64,000 nucleotides of DNA, from NCBI GenBank assembly GCA_018896215.1, contig JAHINB010000003.1, positions 3,776 to 67,775 on the forward strand, written 5' to 3'. The notes under the pieces were generated by a model. It made no database searches and was not told where the DNA came from. It saw nothing but the letters and a program-made list of their open reading frames with translations. This document shows positions 37,872-47,303 of this stretch, one piece after another. Positions within the stretch are counted from its first letter, which is position 1; the number at the start of each line of letters is the position of its first letter. The position numbers were made by a program, and so were the translations under genes. This DNA is from Patescibacteria group bacterium (lineage in GTDB: Bacteria > Patescibacteriota > WWE3 > 0-14-0-20-40-13).

Positions 37872-38487
37872 AGTCGACCACCCTTTTATTACAGATTCCT
37901 TAACGCATTTAAGAGACCAGCAAACGGAACTGGCAAAATTTAGAAGGTATTCTAACAAGCTCTGTCAGTTATTGTTTGCCGAAGCAATAAGAGGTTTAGA
38001 TTTTAATGAGGTTGATATTACCACACCGTTGGAAATAACTATCAAATCAAAAAAACTTAAAGATGAGGTGATTATAATTCCCGTTTTGCGATCCGGTCTC
38101 GCCATGCTTTTTGGAGCGCTTGATTTATTGCCCAAATCAAAAATTGGTTTTATGGGGTTAGAAAGGGATGAAAAAACCGCTGTAGCAAAGGAATATTACT
38201 GCAAACTACCTAAAATAAGAGAAAATTCTGTGGTTATTATTACCGATCCGATGTTGGCAACTGGGGGGTCAATTTTGCAGGTGCTAAGAAAGTTACGGGG
38301 CTTTAAACCCAAAGACATAAGAATTGTAAGCGTGGTTTCGGCTCCCGAGGGAATAGCGTTAATTCAAAAAGAGTTTCCCAAGGTGGCTATTTTTACTTCT
38401 GCCGTGGATGACCATCTTAACAATAATAAATATATAGTTCCTGGCATTGGCGATTACGGCGATCGCTATTTTGGAACAAGCGTCTAA
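37861..38487 (+). CDS. upp: Uracil phosphoribosyltransferase
   Basis: PVLRSG, RDEKT, DPMLATGGS, YIVPGIGDYGDRYFGT. Confidence 0.96.
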   Translation: MVFKVDHPFITDSLTHLRDQQTELAKFRRYSNKLCQLLFAEAIRGLDFNEVDITTPLEITIKSKKLKDEVIIIPVLRSGLAMLFGALDLLPKSKIGFMGLERDEKTAVAKEYYCKLPKIRENSVVIITDPMLATGGSILQVLRKLRGFKPKDIRIVSVVSAPEGIALIQKEFPKVAIFTSAVDDHLNNNKYIVPGIGDYGDRYFGTSV

Positions 38488-38539
38488 CATTTTGTTTCCA
38501 AATACCACCTTCCACAATTTTGCTATACTAGATAGTAGA

Positions 38540-39100
38540 GTGAAAAATCATCGAAAAAGAAAATATAAAAATATTGTTATTGTTGTAATAAGCTTGGTTT
38601 TTGCGTTTGTTCTTTCTCGCGTAGACGCCTTTCATTCTTTGCTATTAAGCCTGGGGGGGTTGGGGTATATTGGCGCCTTTATTGCCGGTATTCTTTTTGT
38701 TTCTACTTTTACCGTAGCCACGGGATCTTTAATCCTTTTAATACTTGCCGAAACTTTATCTCCCATAGAACTAGGGTTAATTGCTGGACTTGGGGCTGTT
38801 GTTGGGGATTTACTTATTTTTAGATTTATAAAAGACGGTTTGGCAGAAGAAATCGAGTTGGTTTATAACAAAATTGACGGTGGTCCCCACCTTAAAAAAC
38901 TTTTGCATTCCAAATACTTTAATTGGATGCTACCCGTGATGGGGGCAATAATTATTGCTTCACCACTACCCGATGAATTAGGCGTGAACCTTATGGGTCT
39001 TTCCAAAATAAGCACTTCTCGATTTATTCTTCTTTCTTACTTTTTGAATTCCCTGGGAATATTTTTAGTTGTTTCGGCATCGGTGTTTATTAAACCCTAG
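38540..39100 (+). CDS. Conserved membrane protein (DedA/VTT-like)
   Basis: GYIGAFIAG..STFT, GAVVGD, IIASPLPDELG. Confidence 0.65.
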   Translation: MKNHRKRKYKNIVIVVISLVFAFVLSRVDAFHSLLLSLGGLGYIGAFIAGILFVSTFTVATGSLILLILAETLSPIELGLIAGLGAVVGDLLIFRFIKDGLAEEIELVYNKIDGGPHLKKLLHSKYFNWMLPVMGAIIIASPLPDELGVNLMGLSKISTSRFILLSYFLNSLGIFLVVSASVFIKP

Positions 39101-39107
39101 AAAAATT

Positions 39108-41543
39108 ATGCTACTAAGTGACCAAGGATTGTCTAGCAAAGAGGTTGCAAAAAGACAGCACAAATATGGTTTAAATGTTTTACCCGAAAAACCACCCTTG
39201 GGAAATTTTTTTCTTCTCCTGCGACAACTTAAAAACCCATTAATTTATGTTCTACTCTTGGCGGGAGCAGTGACTTTAATTATTGGGCATTTTCCTGACG
39301 CTACAATTATTTTACTTGCCGTAGCTGTTAATACTGTTTTAGGATTTATTCAAGAAAAAAAGGCTTCTAATGCCCTGCGAGCCCTAAAAAACTATGTTAC
39401 TAGTTGGGTAATTGTGATTCGAGATGGAAAGCGCAAATCGATAAAAACTGGGGAAGTTGTTCCAGGGGATATTGTAATCCTCAGCCAAGGGGTAAAGGTA
39501 CCGGCTGATGGCAGGATTGTTTCCGCCAACCGTTTTTATTTAGATGAATCCGTACTTACCGGAGAAAGCGTGTCTGTAAAAAAATCCCCAAACGAGCCTG
39601 TTTTTATGGGAACAACAGTTTCTTCTGGGCAGGCCACAATGCTGGTTAAAGGTATTGGGGCGAGTACTAAGATGGGGGCAATTGCCTTGCAAATTCAAGA
39701 AACGGAGGGAGACACTCCCCTTCAAAGACAGCTTAAAAGGTTTAGTCAACAATTAGTTTTGGTGGTAGGTGTGTTGATTACTCTTGTGTTTGCGATTGGC
39801 ATTCTTTATCGGTTCAGCGTTATGGATATGTTTATTACCTCGGTAGCTTTGGCAGTGTCGAGTATTCCAGAAGGTCTAGCCGTTTCGTTAACAGTGGTGT
39901 TGACTATTGGAATGCAAAAAATTCTCAAGCGGCGAGGTCTGGTAAAAAAACTTGCCACGGCCGAAACTTTGGGAGGAGTGACGGTTATCTGTGTTGATAA
40001 AACAGGAACCCTAACCCACGGAAAAATGAAAGTCGTGGATGTAATTGGAAATAAAAGAGATCTAGCGGAGCAAGTATTATTGGCAAACGATTTAGACGAT
40101 CCAATTGTTATTTCGGCGTTCGAGTGGGGGCGAACAATAATTAGCGATTTTGTTTCTGAACATCCGCGACTTGATAGCTTACCCTTTTCTTCTAAAGAGA
40201 AATTCTTTGCTAGTTTAAACAAATGGTCGAATAATAAAAACAAACTTTATGTAAACGGAGCACCCGATCTCCTGCTTAAGTGGACAACCCTATCGGAAAA
40301 AGAAAGGAATGAGGTTTACTCTGTCATAGATAACCTTACAAAACAGGGTAAGCGGGTTATCGGGTTTGCCCAAAAAGATGTTTCTGGCAACAAACGCGAT
40401 TTAGAAAACTATAACATCAAGGAGGATCTTGTGTGGGTTGGGATGCTGGCTTTTTCTGATCCTGTTCGTGCTGGAGTCAAAGATGCCTTGGAACAGGCAA
40501 CAATGGCTGGTGTTCGTACGATAGTTGTTACAGGAGATTACTCTAAGACTTCGGAGTTTGTTATGCTGGACTTGGGAATTCCTCTTAAAAGCTATGAAAT
40601 TATTACCGGAGATGAACTAAAAACTCTTTCTGCTGGTGAGCTTGCTAATAAAGTTAAAACGGTGCGCTTGTTTGCCAGAACCACGCCAGATCAAAAATTG
40701 GCAATTGTAGAGGCGTTAAAGAAAAACGGTGAGATAGTGGCAATGATGGGAGATGGAGTAAATGATGCCCCAGCGTTACATGTTGCCGATATTGGAATAG
40801 CCGTAGGCGAAGCTACCGATGTTGCTAAAGAATCTGCGGATTTAGTACTTCTGGATTCTAACTTTTCTACAATAGTCGGGGCAATAGAGGAGGGGAGAGC
40901 GATGTTCGAAAATATTAGAAAAATTATTCTCTATCTAATGTGCGACGCTTTTTCGGAAATCGTAGTTGTCTTGGGAGGTATTGTCTTGGGCCTACCTTTG
41001 CCAATAACTGCCGTACAAATTTTATGGGTCAATCTTATTTCGGACGGGTTTCCCGATCTTGCGCTAACAATTGATCCAAAAAGGGCAACCATTATGAAGG
41101 AAAAACCCCGTTTTTCTGGGGAGCATTTGGTAAACAAATGGATGGCTACTCTTATTGGATTTGTAAGTTTAGTGGCTGGGGTAATCACCTTAGGCGCTTT
41201 TATAATCGTATATAGCGTGTCTCAAGATATTAATACAGCTCGTTCCATGGCTTTTATAGTGTTAGGTTTAAATTCCCTTGCTTATGTCTTTTCGGTCAGA
41301 GCGCTTATGACACCTTTTTGGAAGAATCATCTTTTTGAAAACCGTTGGTTAATTGTCGCGGTTGTTGCTGGATTCGGATTACAAGTGTTGCCGTTCTCGT
41401 CCCCTAGTTTAAGACAGTTTTTTGGATTGCATAGTCTTAATTTAATATATTGGGTAGTGGCAATAACTCTTTCGGTTTTGATGTTTTTTGTAATAGAAGT
41501 ATTTAAGTTTGTTTATCAACATAGAAGACGGTTGTACTACTAA
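39108..41543 (+). CDS. P-type cation-transporting ATPase (P2A-like)
   Basis: TGES, IPEGL, DKTGTLT, TGD, GDGVNDAPAL. Confidence 0.93.
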   Translation: MLLSDQGLSSKEVAKRQHKYGLNVLPEKPPLGNFFLLLRQLKNPLIYVLLLAGAVTLIIGHFPDATIILLAVAVNTVLGFIQEKKASNALRALKNYVTSWVIVIRDGKRKSIKTGEVVPGDIVILSQGVKVPADGRIVSANRFYLDESVLTGESVSVKKSPNEPVFMGTTVSSGQATMLVKGIGASTKMGAIALQIQETEGDTPLQRQLKRFSQQLVLVVGVLITLVFAIGILYRFSVMDMFITSVALAVSSIPEGLAVSLTVVLTIGMQKILKRRGLVKKLATAETLGGVTVICVDKTGTLTHGKMKVVDVIGNKRDLAEQVLLANDLDDPIVISAFEWGRTIISDFVSEHPRLDSLPFSSKEKFFASLNKWSNNKNKLYVNGAPDLLLKWTTLSEKERNEVYSVIDNLTKQGKRVIGFAQKDVSGNKRDLENYNIKEDLVWVGMLAFSDPVRAGVKDALEQATMAGVRTIVVTGDYSKTSEFVMLDLGIPLKSYEIITGDELKTLSAGELANKVKTVRLFARTTPDQKLAIVEALKKNGEIVAMMGDGVNDAPALHVADIGIAVGEATDVAKESADLVLLDSNFSTIVGAIEEGRAMFENIRKIILYLMCDAFSEIVVVLGGIVLGLPLPITAVQILWVNLISDGFPDLALTIDPKRATIMKEKPRFSGEHLVNKWMATLIGFVSLVAGVITLGAFIIVYSVSQDINTARSMAFIVLGLNSLAYVFSVRALMTPFWKNHLFENRWLIVAVVAGFGLQVLPFSSPSLRQFFGLHSLNLIYWVVAITLSVLMFFVIEVFKFVYQHRRRLYY

Positions 41544-41560
41544 AAGGAGGTGATATTTTT

Positions 41561-42175
41561 ATGAAAAAGCTAATTTTTGTACTTTATGTATTTTTGGTCT
41601 TTGGTTTTGTTTCTTTAGTTAACGCTAAAAATGAGGATGCTGGAAACCAAAATCAAATTAAGACTCAAAATGCGGGTGAGGATTCCAACATTAAAACTAG
41701 CAATCAAGAGCAAGAAAATACAGGAATGCCAAAGGGGGCATCGCCACGAAGTGAAACTGCCAAAGAAAACATGGGCGCGGTTTCTTTAAAGGTTGAGGAG
41801 TTACTCACCACCAAAGTTACACAAGGAGGTATTGGTGAACAAGTAAGACTGGTGGCTCAAGAGCAAAAACAAGCTCAAGATAGGATCAGTGCCGGGCTGG
41901 AAAAAATCGACAGCAGGGGCGGTCTGCTTAAATCTTTAATTGGTCCCAACTATTTGGCTCTAAAGAATATGCAGGAGCAGATGGAGCAAAACAGGTTGCG
42001 GATTATGCAACTTGAGAAACTTGAGATCCAACTTGTGAATTTGGGCGATGCGGCTCTTGTGCAAGAGACAATTCAGACACTAACCGAGCAAAACACAGCA
42101 CTTATAGATAAGGTGGCTTTGGAGGAGCAATCTAGCAGTTTGCTGGGGTGGTTATTTAAGATTCTGGCTAAGTAG
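41561..42175 (+). CDS. Secreted coiled-coil hypothetical protein
   Basis: Signal peptide, GGIGEQV, LIGPNY, SLLGWL; SD AGGAGG. Confidence 0.7.
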   Translation: MKKLIFVLYVFLVFGFVSLVNAKNEDAGNQNQIKTQNAGEDSNIKTSNQEQENTGMPKGASPRSETAKENMGAVSLKVEELLTTKVTQGGIGEQVRLVAQEQKQAQDRISAGLEKIDSRGGLLKSLIGPNYLALKNMQEQMEQNRLRIMQLEKLEIQLVNLGDAALVQETIQTLTEQNTALIDKVALEEQSSSLLGWLFKILAK

Positions 42176-42484
42176 ATGCACTATATCTATCTGGTGCGTT
42201 GTGTGGATAATTCCTTGTACTGTGGGCAAACCACGGATTTGTCTCGTCGTGTCAATGAGCATAATTTTGATGGTAAAAAATCTGCCAAGTACACCAAAGG
42301 CAGAAGACCAGTAATTCTCGTCTATTCTGAAGAATTTGCCACATTCTCTGAAGCCTTAAAACGGGAATTAAAAATTAAACGCCTTCCAAAAGCAAAAAAG
42401 GAGGTCTTGGTTAATTCGGGATACTCCCATGAAAAACGCAATTATTTTATTGGAATTGTCCCAAATGGGACAGACCCGATTTAG
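42176..42484 (+). CDS. GIY-YIG nuclease (UPF0213-like)
   Basis: YIYLVRCVDNSLYCGQT, AKYTKGRRPV, ALKRELKIK. Confidence 0.88.
   Translation: MHYIYLVRCVDNSLYCGQTTDLSRRVNEHNFDGKKSAKYTKGRRPVILVYSEEFATFSEALKRELKIKRLPKAKKEVLVNSGYSHEKRNYFIGIVPNGTDPI
42416..42484. repeat. Half REP (core ATACT) and degenerate REP (core ACAGA)
   Basis: TCGGGATACTCCCA; TGTCCCA-AA-TGGGACAGACCCGATTTAG, with the same tail as the RAYT-proximal REP. Confidence 0.7.
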
Positions 42485-43109
42485 ACAACCAGTTCTTTTT
42501 AGTAAGTATCGTGGGAACTATCAAAACTGTAGTTAGAGACCAGAGACCGACCAAGTATCCGGCTAAGACATCAGTTGGGTAATGGACGCCTAAATAAACT
42601 CGGCTAAATCCGATTAGTGTAACCCAAATACAGACACCCATTACGGAATATAATTTAATCGATCTGCTTTTACCGTAACGGGAAATGTAATAAACAATCA
42701 TTCCATAAAGAAAAATATTGTTCATAGCATGACCCGAGGGGTAGGAAAAATCGTGTAGTACCGTCAAAGCGGAAACATTTGGGCGCGGTATCATAAAAAT
42801 TAATTTTAGTGCGTGGTTTGCTATTTCCACAATTATTAGCGACAGGGAAAAAATCACTGCATCTCTTTGGTGTTTTTTAATAACTAAAAATAAAACTACC
42901 AAAAGTGATATCACTATCCCAGCGTATATGTCACCGAGGAAAGAAATCACAGACATCACAGTCGTCAAAAGTGATGTTCGTAAAGAATAAACAAAAAATG
43001 AGAACGATTGATCAAAGCTGTGTGTTTTTCCTGTTAAAACAGCAAGCGTTAGCAGAACGAATAATGAGAGGAGAGTTAGATTTAGAAGAATCTTTTTTGA
43101 GTAAGTCAT
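42447..43109 (-). CDS. PAP2-family phosphatase
   Basis: KX6RP, SYPSGHA, SRVYLGVHYPTDV. Confidence 0.92.
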   Translation of the reverse strand: MTYSKKILLNLTLLSLFVLLTLAVLTGKTHSFDQSFSFFVYSLRTSLLTTVMSVISFLGDIYAGIVISLLVVLFLVIKKHQRDAVIFSLSLIIVEIANHALKLIFMIPRPNVSALTVLHDFSYPSGHAMNNIFLYGMIVYYISRYGKSRSIKLYSVMGVCIWVTLIGFSRVYLGVHYPTDVLAGYLVGLWSLTTVLIVPTILTKKNWLSKSGLSHLGQFQ

Positions 43110-43720
43110 GAGAAAACGGTTTGAGACTTTTTAAGAAAGAATCGTTTTATTTTCTCCCAATCGTAGTCTTTTAACATTGTAACCTTATCTTGAGCGTCAT
43201 CAAAATAAGTTAAACTTTTAGCCAAATGGATAAAGTTATAATTTTTTTTGGCAACCTTTTCTCTAAACATTTCTAATAACCCATCAAGTGGAATAACTTC
43301 TTGGGTTATAAAATAAAGGTCCACAAAATCTTTTTTAAGTCCTCGACCCGAAATAGCATCCAATTTCATACACCCAACATCTACTGGGTTTGCAATGCTA
43401 ATACCTAAAAAATCATCTGTGGGTTTTAGAAGAGGCAACTCGTAATAAAAAAAGCTTAATTTTGTCCCATTAAAATTGCCCAAGAATGTTTTTGTGGTTT
43501 GCACATCTACAGTTAAAGTTCCAAGGGAAGAAAGGGAATTAACAATTTGGAACAGATCAAAATTTTTGTTGGAGAAAAAGTCCAAATCCTCCGAAATTCG
43601 ATGACCTAGGTTTAACGCCAGAGAGCTACCTCCCGCAAGGTAAAAATCTTTGGCAAGACCCGATTTGCCTAATAAGGCCAGATTTTTTCTAGTTGTTTCG
43701 TTAAGGGCTTTTGGAAACAT
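43106..43720 (-). CDS. AbiEii-like nucleotidyltransferase toxin
   Basis: FYLAGGSSLAL..GHRISEDLDFF, MKLDAI..RG..KDFVDLY. Confidence 0.85.
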   Translation of the reverse strand: MFPKALNETTRKNLALLGKSGLAKDFYLAGGSSLALNLGHRISEDLDFFSNKNFDLFQIVNSLSSLGTLTVDVQTTKTFLGNFNGTKLSFFYYELPLLKPTDDFLGISIANPVDVGCMKLDAISGRGLKKDFVDLYFITQEVIPLDGLLEMFREKVAKKNYNFIHLAKSLTYFDDAQDKVTMLKDYDWEKIKRFFLKKSQTVFS

Positions 43721-43968
43721 TTTGTTTGGTCCTTTGGGATACCAAAATAATATGTCCAGTAATTGGCGCTTTTTTTTGATATTTCCCTTGAGTTTATTAG
43801 CGTTTCAACGATTAAGTTTTTGTCAAAATTGGCAAAAAGCCATTCAACAGCTTTTGTATCTCCTAAGTCCAGAACTCTTGAGATAAGATGGGGATAAAAT
43901 TCTTTTTGTGCGGGGTTATCTAATTTTGCTTCCCAAAAGTACTTTTGGATGTAATTTGGTATTTCCAT
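43669..43968 (-). CDS. DUF6922-like putative antitoxin
   Basis: KYFWE..ISRVLDLGD..WL..NYW; directly upstream of the AbiEii-like gene. Confidence 0.7.
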   Translation of the reverse strand: MEIPNYIQKYFWEAKLDNPAQKEFYPHLISRVLDLGDTKAVEWLFANFDKNLIVETLINSREISKKSANYWTYYFGIPKDQTKCFQKPLTKQLEKIWPY

Positions 43969-44020
43969 AATGGTAACTATATTTTACCACGATATTAGTT
44001 ACACATGATATACTTTTTAC

Positions 44021-45082
44021 ATGCAAAACATTGTTATCTGTGGGGGACACCACAATTCTGCCTTACCACTAGCCAAAAAATTTAAAGAAAATGGTTACCA
44101 GGTAATTTTCGTGGGGCACAAAACCACGCAAAAAAATAATCGCGAATTGAGTAGTGAGTATAAAGAAGTTACTGGATACGGTTTTTCGTTTGTAAATCTT
44201 ATTGCACCCAAATTCTATAGAAACAAAAATCCCCTAAAATATTTTCTATTGATATTTTCTCTGGTCAATGCTCTTGCGATTTTAATTAAATATCATCCTA
44301 AACTGGTTTTAAGTTACGGGGGGTATTTGGCGGTTCCAGTATGTTTAGTTGCAAAAGTATTGCAAGTTAAGATTGCTACTCACGAGCAAACAGTAACTAT
44401 TGGAATGGCGAATAAACTAATTGCTAAAGTTGCAGATAAAGTTTTTCTCTCATGGTCCACGACCATTTCCCTTGGTGAGAAATATCACTTCGTTGGTTTA
44501 CCGTTACGGGAAGAAATACTTTCTATCCTACCCCGCAAAAAATACGGTGAGTTTAGGACATTATTTATTACTGGTGGAAAACAGGCAAGCCATATTTTTA
44601 ATGAGTTTGTATTTGCCAATATTGATAACTTGGTATCTCAATTTAGAATTATCCATCAAACAGCTAAGAATTCCCAAAACAACGACTATAGCCTAGCGCA
44701 AATCTTGATGGAAAAATACGGTAAAAATAAATATTTGGCGTTTGATTATTGTTACGGGGAAGACTACAGCAAAGTGCTACAAGAATCCGATTTTTTGCTC
44801 TCGCGATCGGGGGCTCACATTACTTACGAAATGGCTCATCTTAAAATTCCAGCAATTTTAGTTCCTATTCCTTGGGTTTCGCAAAACGAGCAAATGTTAA
44901 ATGCCCAAACGGCAAAAAACTATTTTCCTAGTGTAATTTTGGAGGAGAAAGATTTAAATTGGGAAAATTTCATCGATTCCGCTACAAAGTTAAAAGAAAT
45001 TACACATCAAGATAAACATTACAAGACTGTACCAACAGATGCTGGGGAGAAAATGTTTGAGATTTTGTCATCTAATTTATGA
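44021..45082 (+). CDS. murG: MurG-like GT28 glycosyltransferase
   Basis: GGHH, GGYLAVPV, HEQT..GMANK, GLPLR, TGGKQ, SRSGA, EQMLNA. Confidence 0.82.
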   Translation: MQNIVICGGHHNSALPLAKKFKENGYQVIFVGHKTTQKNNRELSSEYKEVTGYGFSFVNLIAPKFYRNKNPLKYFLLIFSLVNALAILIKYHPKLVLSYGGYLAVPVCLVAKVLQVKIATHEQTVTIGMANKLIAKVADKVFLSWSTTISLGEKYHFVGLPLREEILSILPRKKYGEFRTLFITGGKQASHIFNEFVFANIDNLVSQFRIIHQTAKNSQNNDYSLAQILMEKYGKNKYLAFDYCYGEDYSKVLQESDFLLSRSGAHITYEMAHLKIPAILVPIPWVSQNEQMLNAQTAKNYFPSVILEEKDLNWENFIDSATKLKEITHQDKHYKTVPTDAGEKMFEILSSNL

Positions 45083-45750
45083 TACCTTTGCGTGATCACA
45101 ACTACCACATCACCACTCCCATAATCACCAACATTATAATTGGTCTTAATGTGGTGGTTTTTTTGTTCACACTGCTTGCTCCCCACGGTTTGGGGGATTA
45201 TATTGCTTACTCGTACTCAATTATCCCCGCTCGTTTAGATTTAATTACCCTTATAACCTCGCAATTTTTGCACGCCAGCTTTGGGCATATTATTGGCAAC
45301 ATGTTGTTTTTACATATCTTTGGCCATAGTTTAGAAGACTATTTCGGGCATGTTAAGTTTTTACTTTTTTACCTTTTTTGTGGGGTTGTGGCCGGTCTTG
45401 GTCAAGTTGCGGTTTCTCCAGGGTCGCTAGTTCCAATTCTTGGGGCAAGTGGAGCAATTGCTGGTCTTATGGGGGCTTATTTGGTGCTGTTTCCCTATTC
45501 GGAGGTTGATGTGTTTATTCCCTTTGGTTTGTTTTCGCAAACTGCCACGGTTTCGGCAAAGTTTATGCTTTTATATTGGGTTGGAGCGCAATTTTTGTAT
45601 GGAATTGGATCAATTGGTATTGGCGGGGGTGGAATTGCTTATACAGCGCATATTGTAGGTTTTGGAATAGGTTGGCTTATAGCGAAAAAACTGCCACCCA
45701 AGCCCGAAATTATCCCCCCCAGTAGCAACTATTGGCAATCAAGATTTTGA
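45079..45750 (+). CDS. Rhomboid intramembrane serine protease
   Basis: FLHASFGHIIGNMLFL, GASGA, AYTAHIVG. Confidence 0.92.
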   Translation: MIPLRDHNYHITTPIITNIIIGLNVVVFLFTLLAPHGLGDYIAYSYSIIPARLDLITLITSQFLHASFGHIIGNMLFLHIFGHSLEDYFGHVKFLLFYLFCGVVAGLGQVAVSPGSLVPILGASGAIAGLMGAYLVLFPYSEVDVFIPFGLFSQTATVSAKFMLLYWVGAQFLYGIGSIGIGGGGIAYTAHIVGFGIGWLIAKKLPPKPEIIPPSSNYWQSRF

Positions 45751-45766
45751 TGTGAAAATATAAAAT

Positions 45767-46309
45767 ATGAAAGTGCTTATAATCAATGGTTCACATAGAA
45801 AAGGAAATACGGATATTATTACTAACAAAGTAAAAGAAGAGCTCGTAATCAACCAAATAGAAACAATGGAACTTGTTCTAAGAGATATAGAAATAAAACT
45901 TCCCGATGGTTGTGAGCAGTGTGCGAATGGAGGGGTTTGTCCAAATGTAAAAGACGAATTTTCGGAAAATATTGAACCTGCAATAAGAGATTACGATATT
46001 TATATTATTGCAACTCCAACTTGGAGTGATAATGTCACACCCCTAACGAAAATATTTTGGGACAGAATTGTTTCTTGGTGTAGCGAAGATAAAATGTATT
46101 TAAAGAATAAAAAACTAGCGGTGATAACTCACGGAATGGCAAATGATAAATCCTGGGACAATGTTATAAACTGGGTTAAAAGCATTTGTGTTTGGGAACA
46201 ATGCAAATTTGGTAGTAGTTTAACTGCAAAATCCGGAGGAAAAGTTGGCGATATTGAACTGAAAGAAGGTAAAGTAAAGAGCTTTGTTTTGGAATTAATA
46301 AAGCAATAA
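45767..46309 (+). CDS. Flavodoxin-fold FMN reductase / iron-sulfur flavoprotein
   Basis: INGSHRKGNT, GCEQC..GVC, ATPTW, FWDR. Confidence 0.82.
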   Translation: MKVLIINGSHRKGNTDIITNKVKEELVINQIETMELVLRDIEIKLPDGCEQCANGGVCPNVKDEFSENIEPAIRDYDIYIIATPTWSDNVTPLTKIFWDRIVSWCSEDKMYLKNKKLAVITHGMANDKSWDNVINWVKSICVWEQCKFGSSLTAKSGGKVGDIELKEGKVKSFVLELIKQ

Positions 46310-46334
46310 AACCTTTCTAGGTAAAGATACTATT

Positions 46335-46367
46335 TAGGCTCGGAGCCAAATTGAGCCTATTTTTTTT
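46335..46367 (+). terminator. Intrinsic terminator
   Basis: TAGGCTC..GAGCCTA followed by 8 T. Confidence 0.75.
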
Positions 46368-46424
46368 GCTACAACTACAACATTAAAACCGCACTTCAAA
46401 TAATGCTTTAATGGCAAGATATTA

Positions 46425-46454
46425 TCGGGTACTACCCGATTCGGGTAGTACCCG
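46425..46454. repeat. REP-like palindrome, core TACTA (intergenic)
   Basis: Identical to the 17637 copy. Confidence 0.9.
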
Positions 46455-46548
46455 CATTCCGACAATGAAAAATCTCCTTTTGCACATTCAGTTATCTATG
46501 CAGTCGTCGACAATTTGTCGACGACTTAATTCGTGGTAAAATTCAACC

Positions 46549-46845
46549 ATGATATCAAGACAAAAGATAGAAAAAATTAGAGAAATTTGTCAGTCACAAC
46601 CAATTGAATTTTTGGGTCTTTTTGGTTCCATGGCAAGGCAGGAACAAACCAAAACCAGCGATGTAGACTTACTTATAAGGTATCAAAATACCAGCCATCC
46701 AAGTATTTCCGACCATGTAAGAATAGAAGATCAGTTAGAAAATGCTTTAAAAAGAAATGTTGATTTGGTAACCGAAAAATCTTTAAACGAGAGGTTAAAA
46801 CCCTATGTTTACAAAGACCTTATAACCATATATGGAAAAAGATGA
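46549..46845 (+). CDS. Minimal nucleotidyltransferase (MntA-like antitoxin)
   Basis: LFGSMAR..SDVDLL, VDLVT. Confidence 0.88.
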   Translation: MISRQKIEKIREICQSQPIEFLGLFGSMARQEQTKTSDVDLLIRYQNTSHPSISDHVRIEDQLENALKRNVDLVTEKSLNERLKPYVYKDLITIYGKR

Positions 46846-47303
46846 CGCTGTATATTTGGATGATAAAGAATACCTTAAGCTTGCTATAGAAAACTCTAAA
46901 AAATCAACGGATGCAGGTAATTTTCCCGCCGGGGCATTGGTGGTAAAAAACGAAAAGATCCTATCTTCCACTGTTAGTTCTCCTTACCCTGGTCTATTTC
47001 ACGCCGACTCAAAAGCAATTACGGAAGCTTTTAGTAAAAACGGTTATTTAGAAGGGTCAACACTATACGTTGGTTTAGAATCTTGTTTAATGTGGTACTA
47101 GCATAGCCTACTGGGCAGGGATTGAAAGGATTGTTTATGCCGTTTCCAAATCTGAAGTGTCTGGTAATTATTACGAAATGTCAGAGAGCAATCGTCACTT
47201 GTTCGAGAGATTCAACAGAAAAATAAAGTTCGTACATATTAGGGGGTTGGAAAAGGAAGCCTTAAAGATTATTAGGCAATGGGAGATAAAGCAAAGCAAC
47301 TAA
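46832..47303 (+). pseudogene. Nucleoside deaminase (CDA family) with +1 frameshift near 47093 and a HEPN-like N-terminal stub
   Basis: FPAGALVV, HAD, ESCLM(C); removing one G in TGGT gives CLMCTSIAYWAGIERIVYA..QSN* ending at 47303. Confidence 0.8.
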
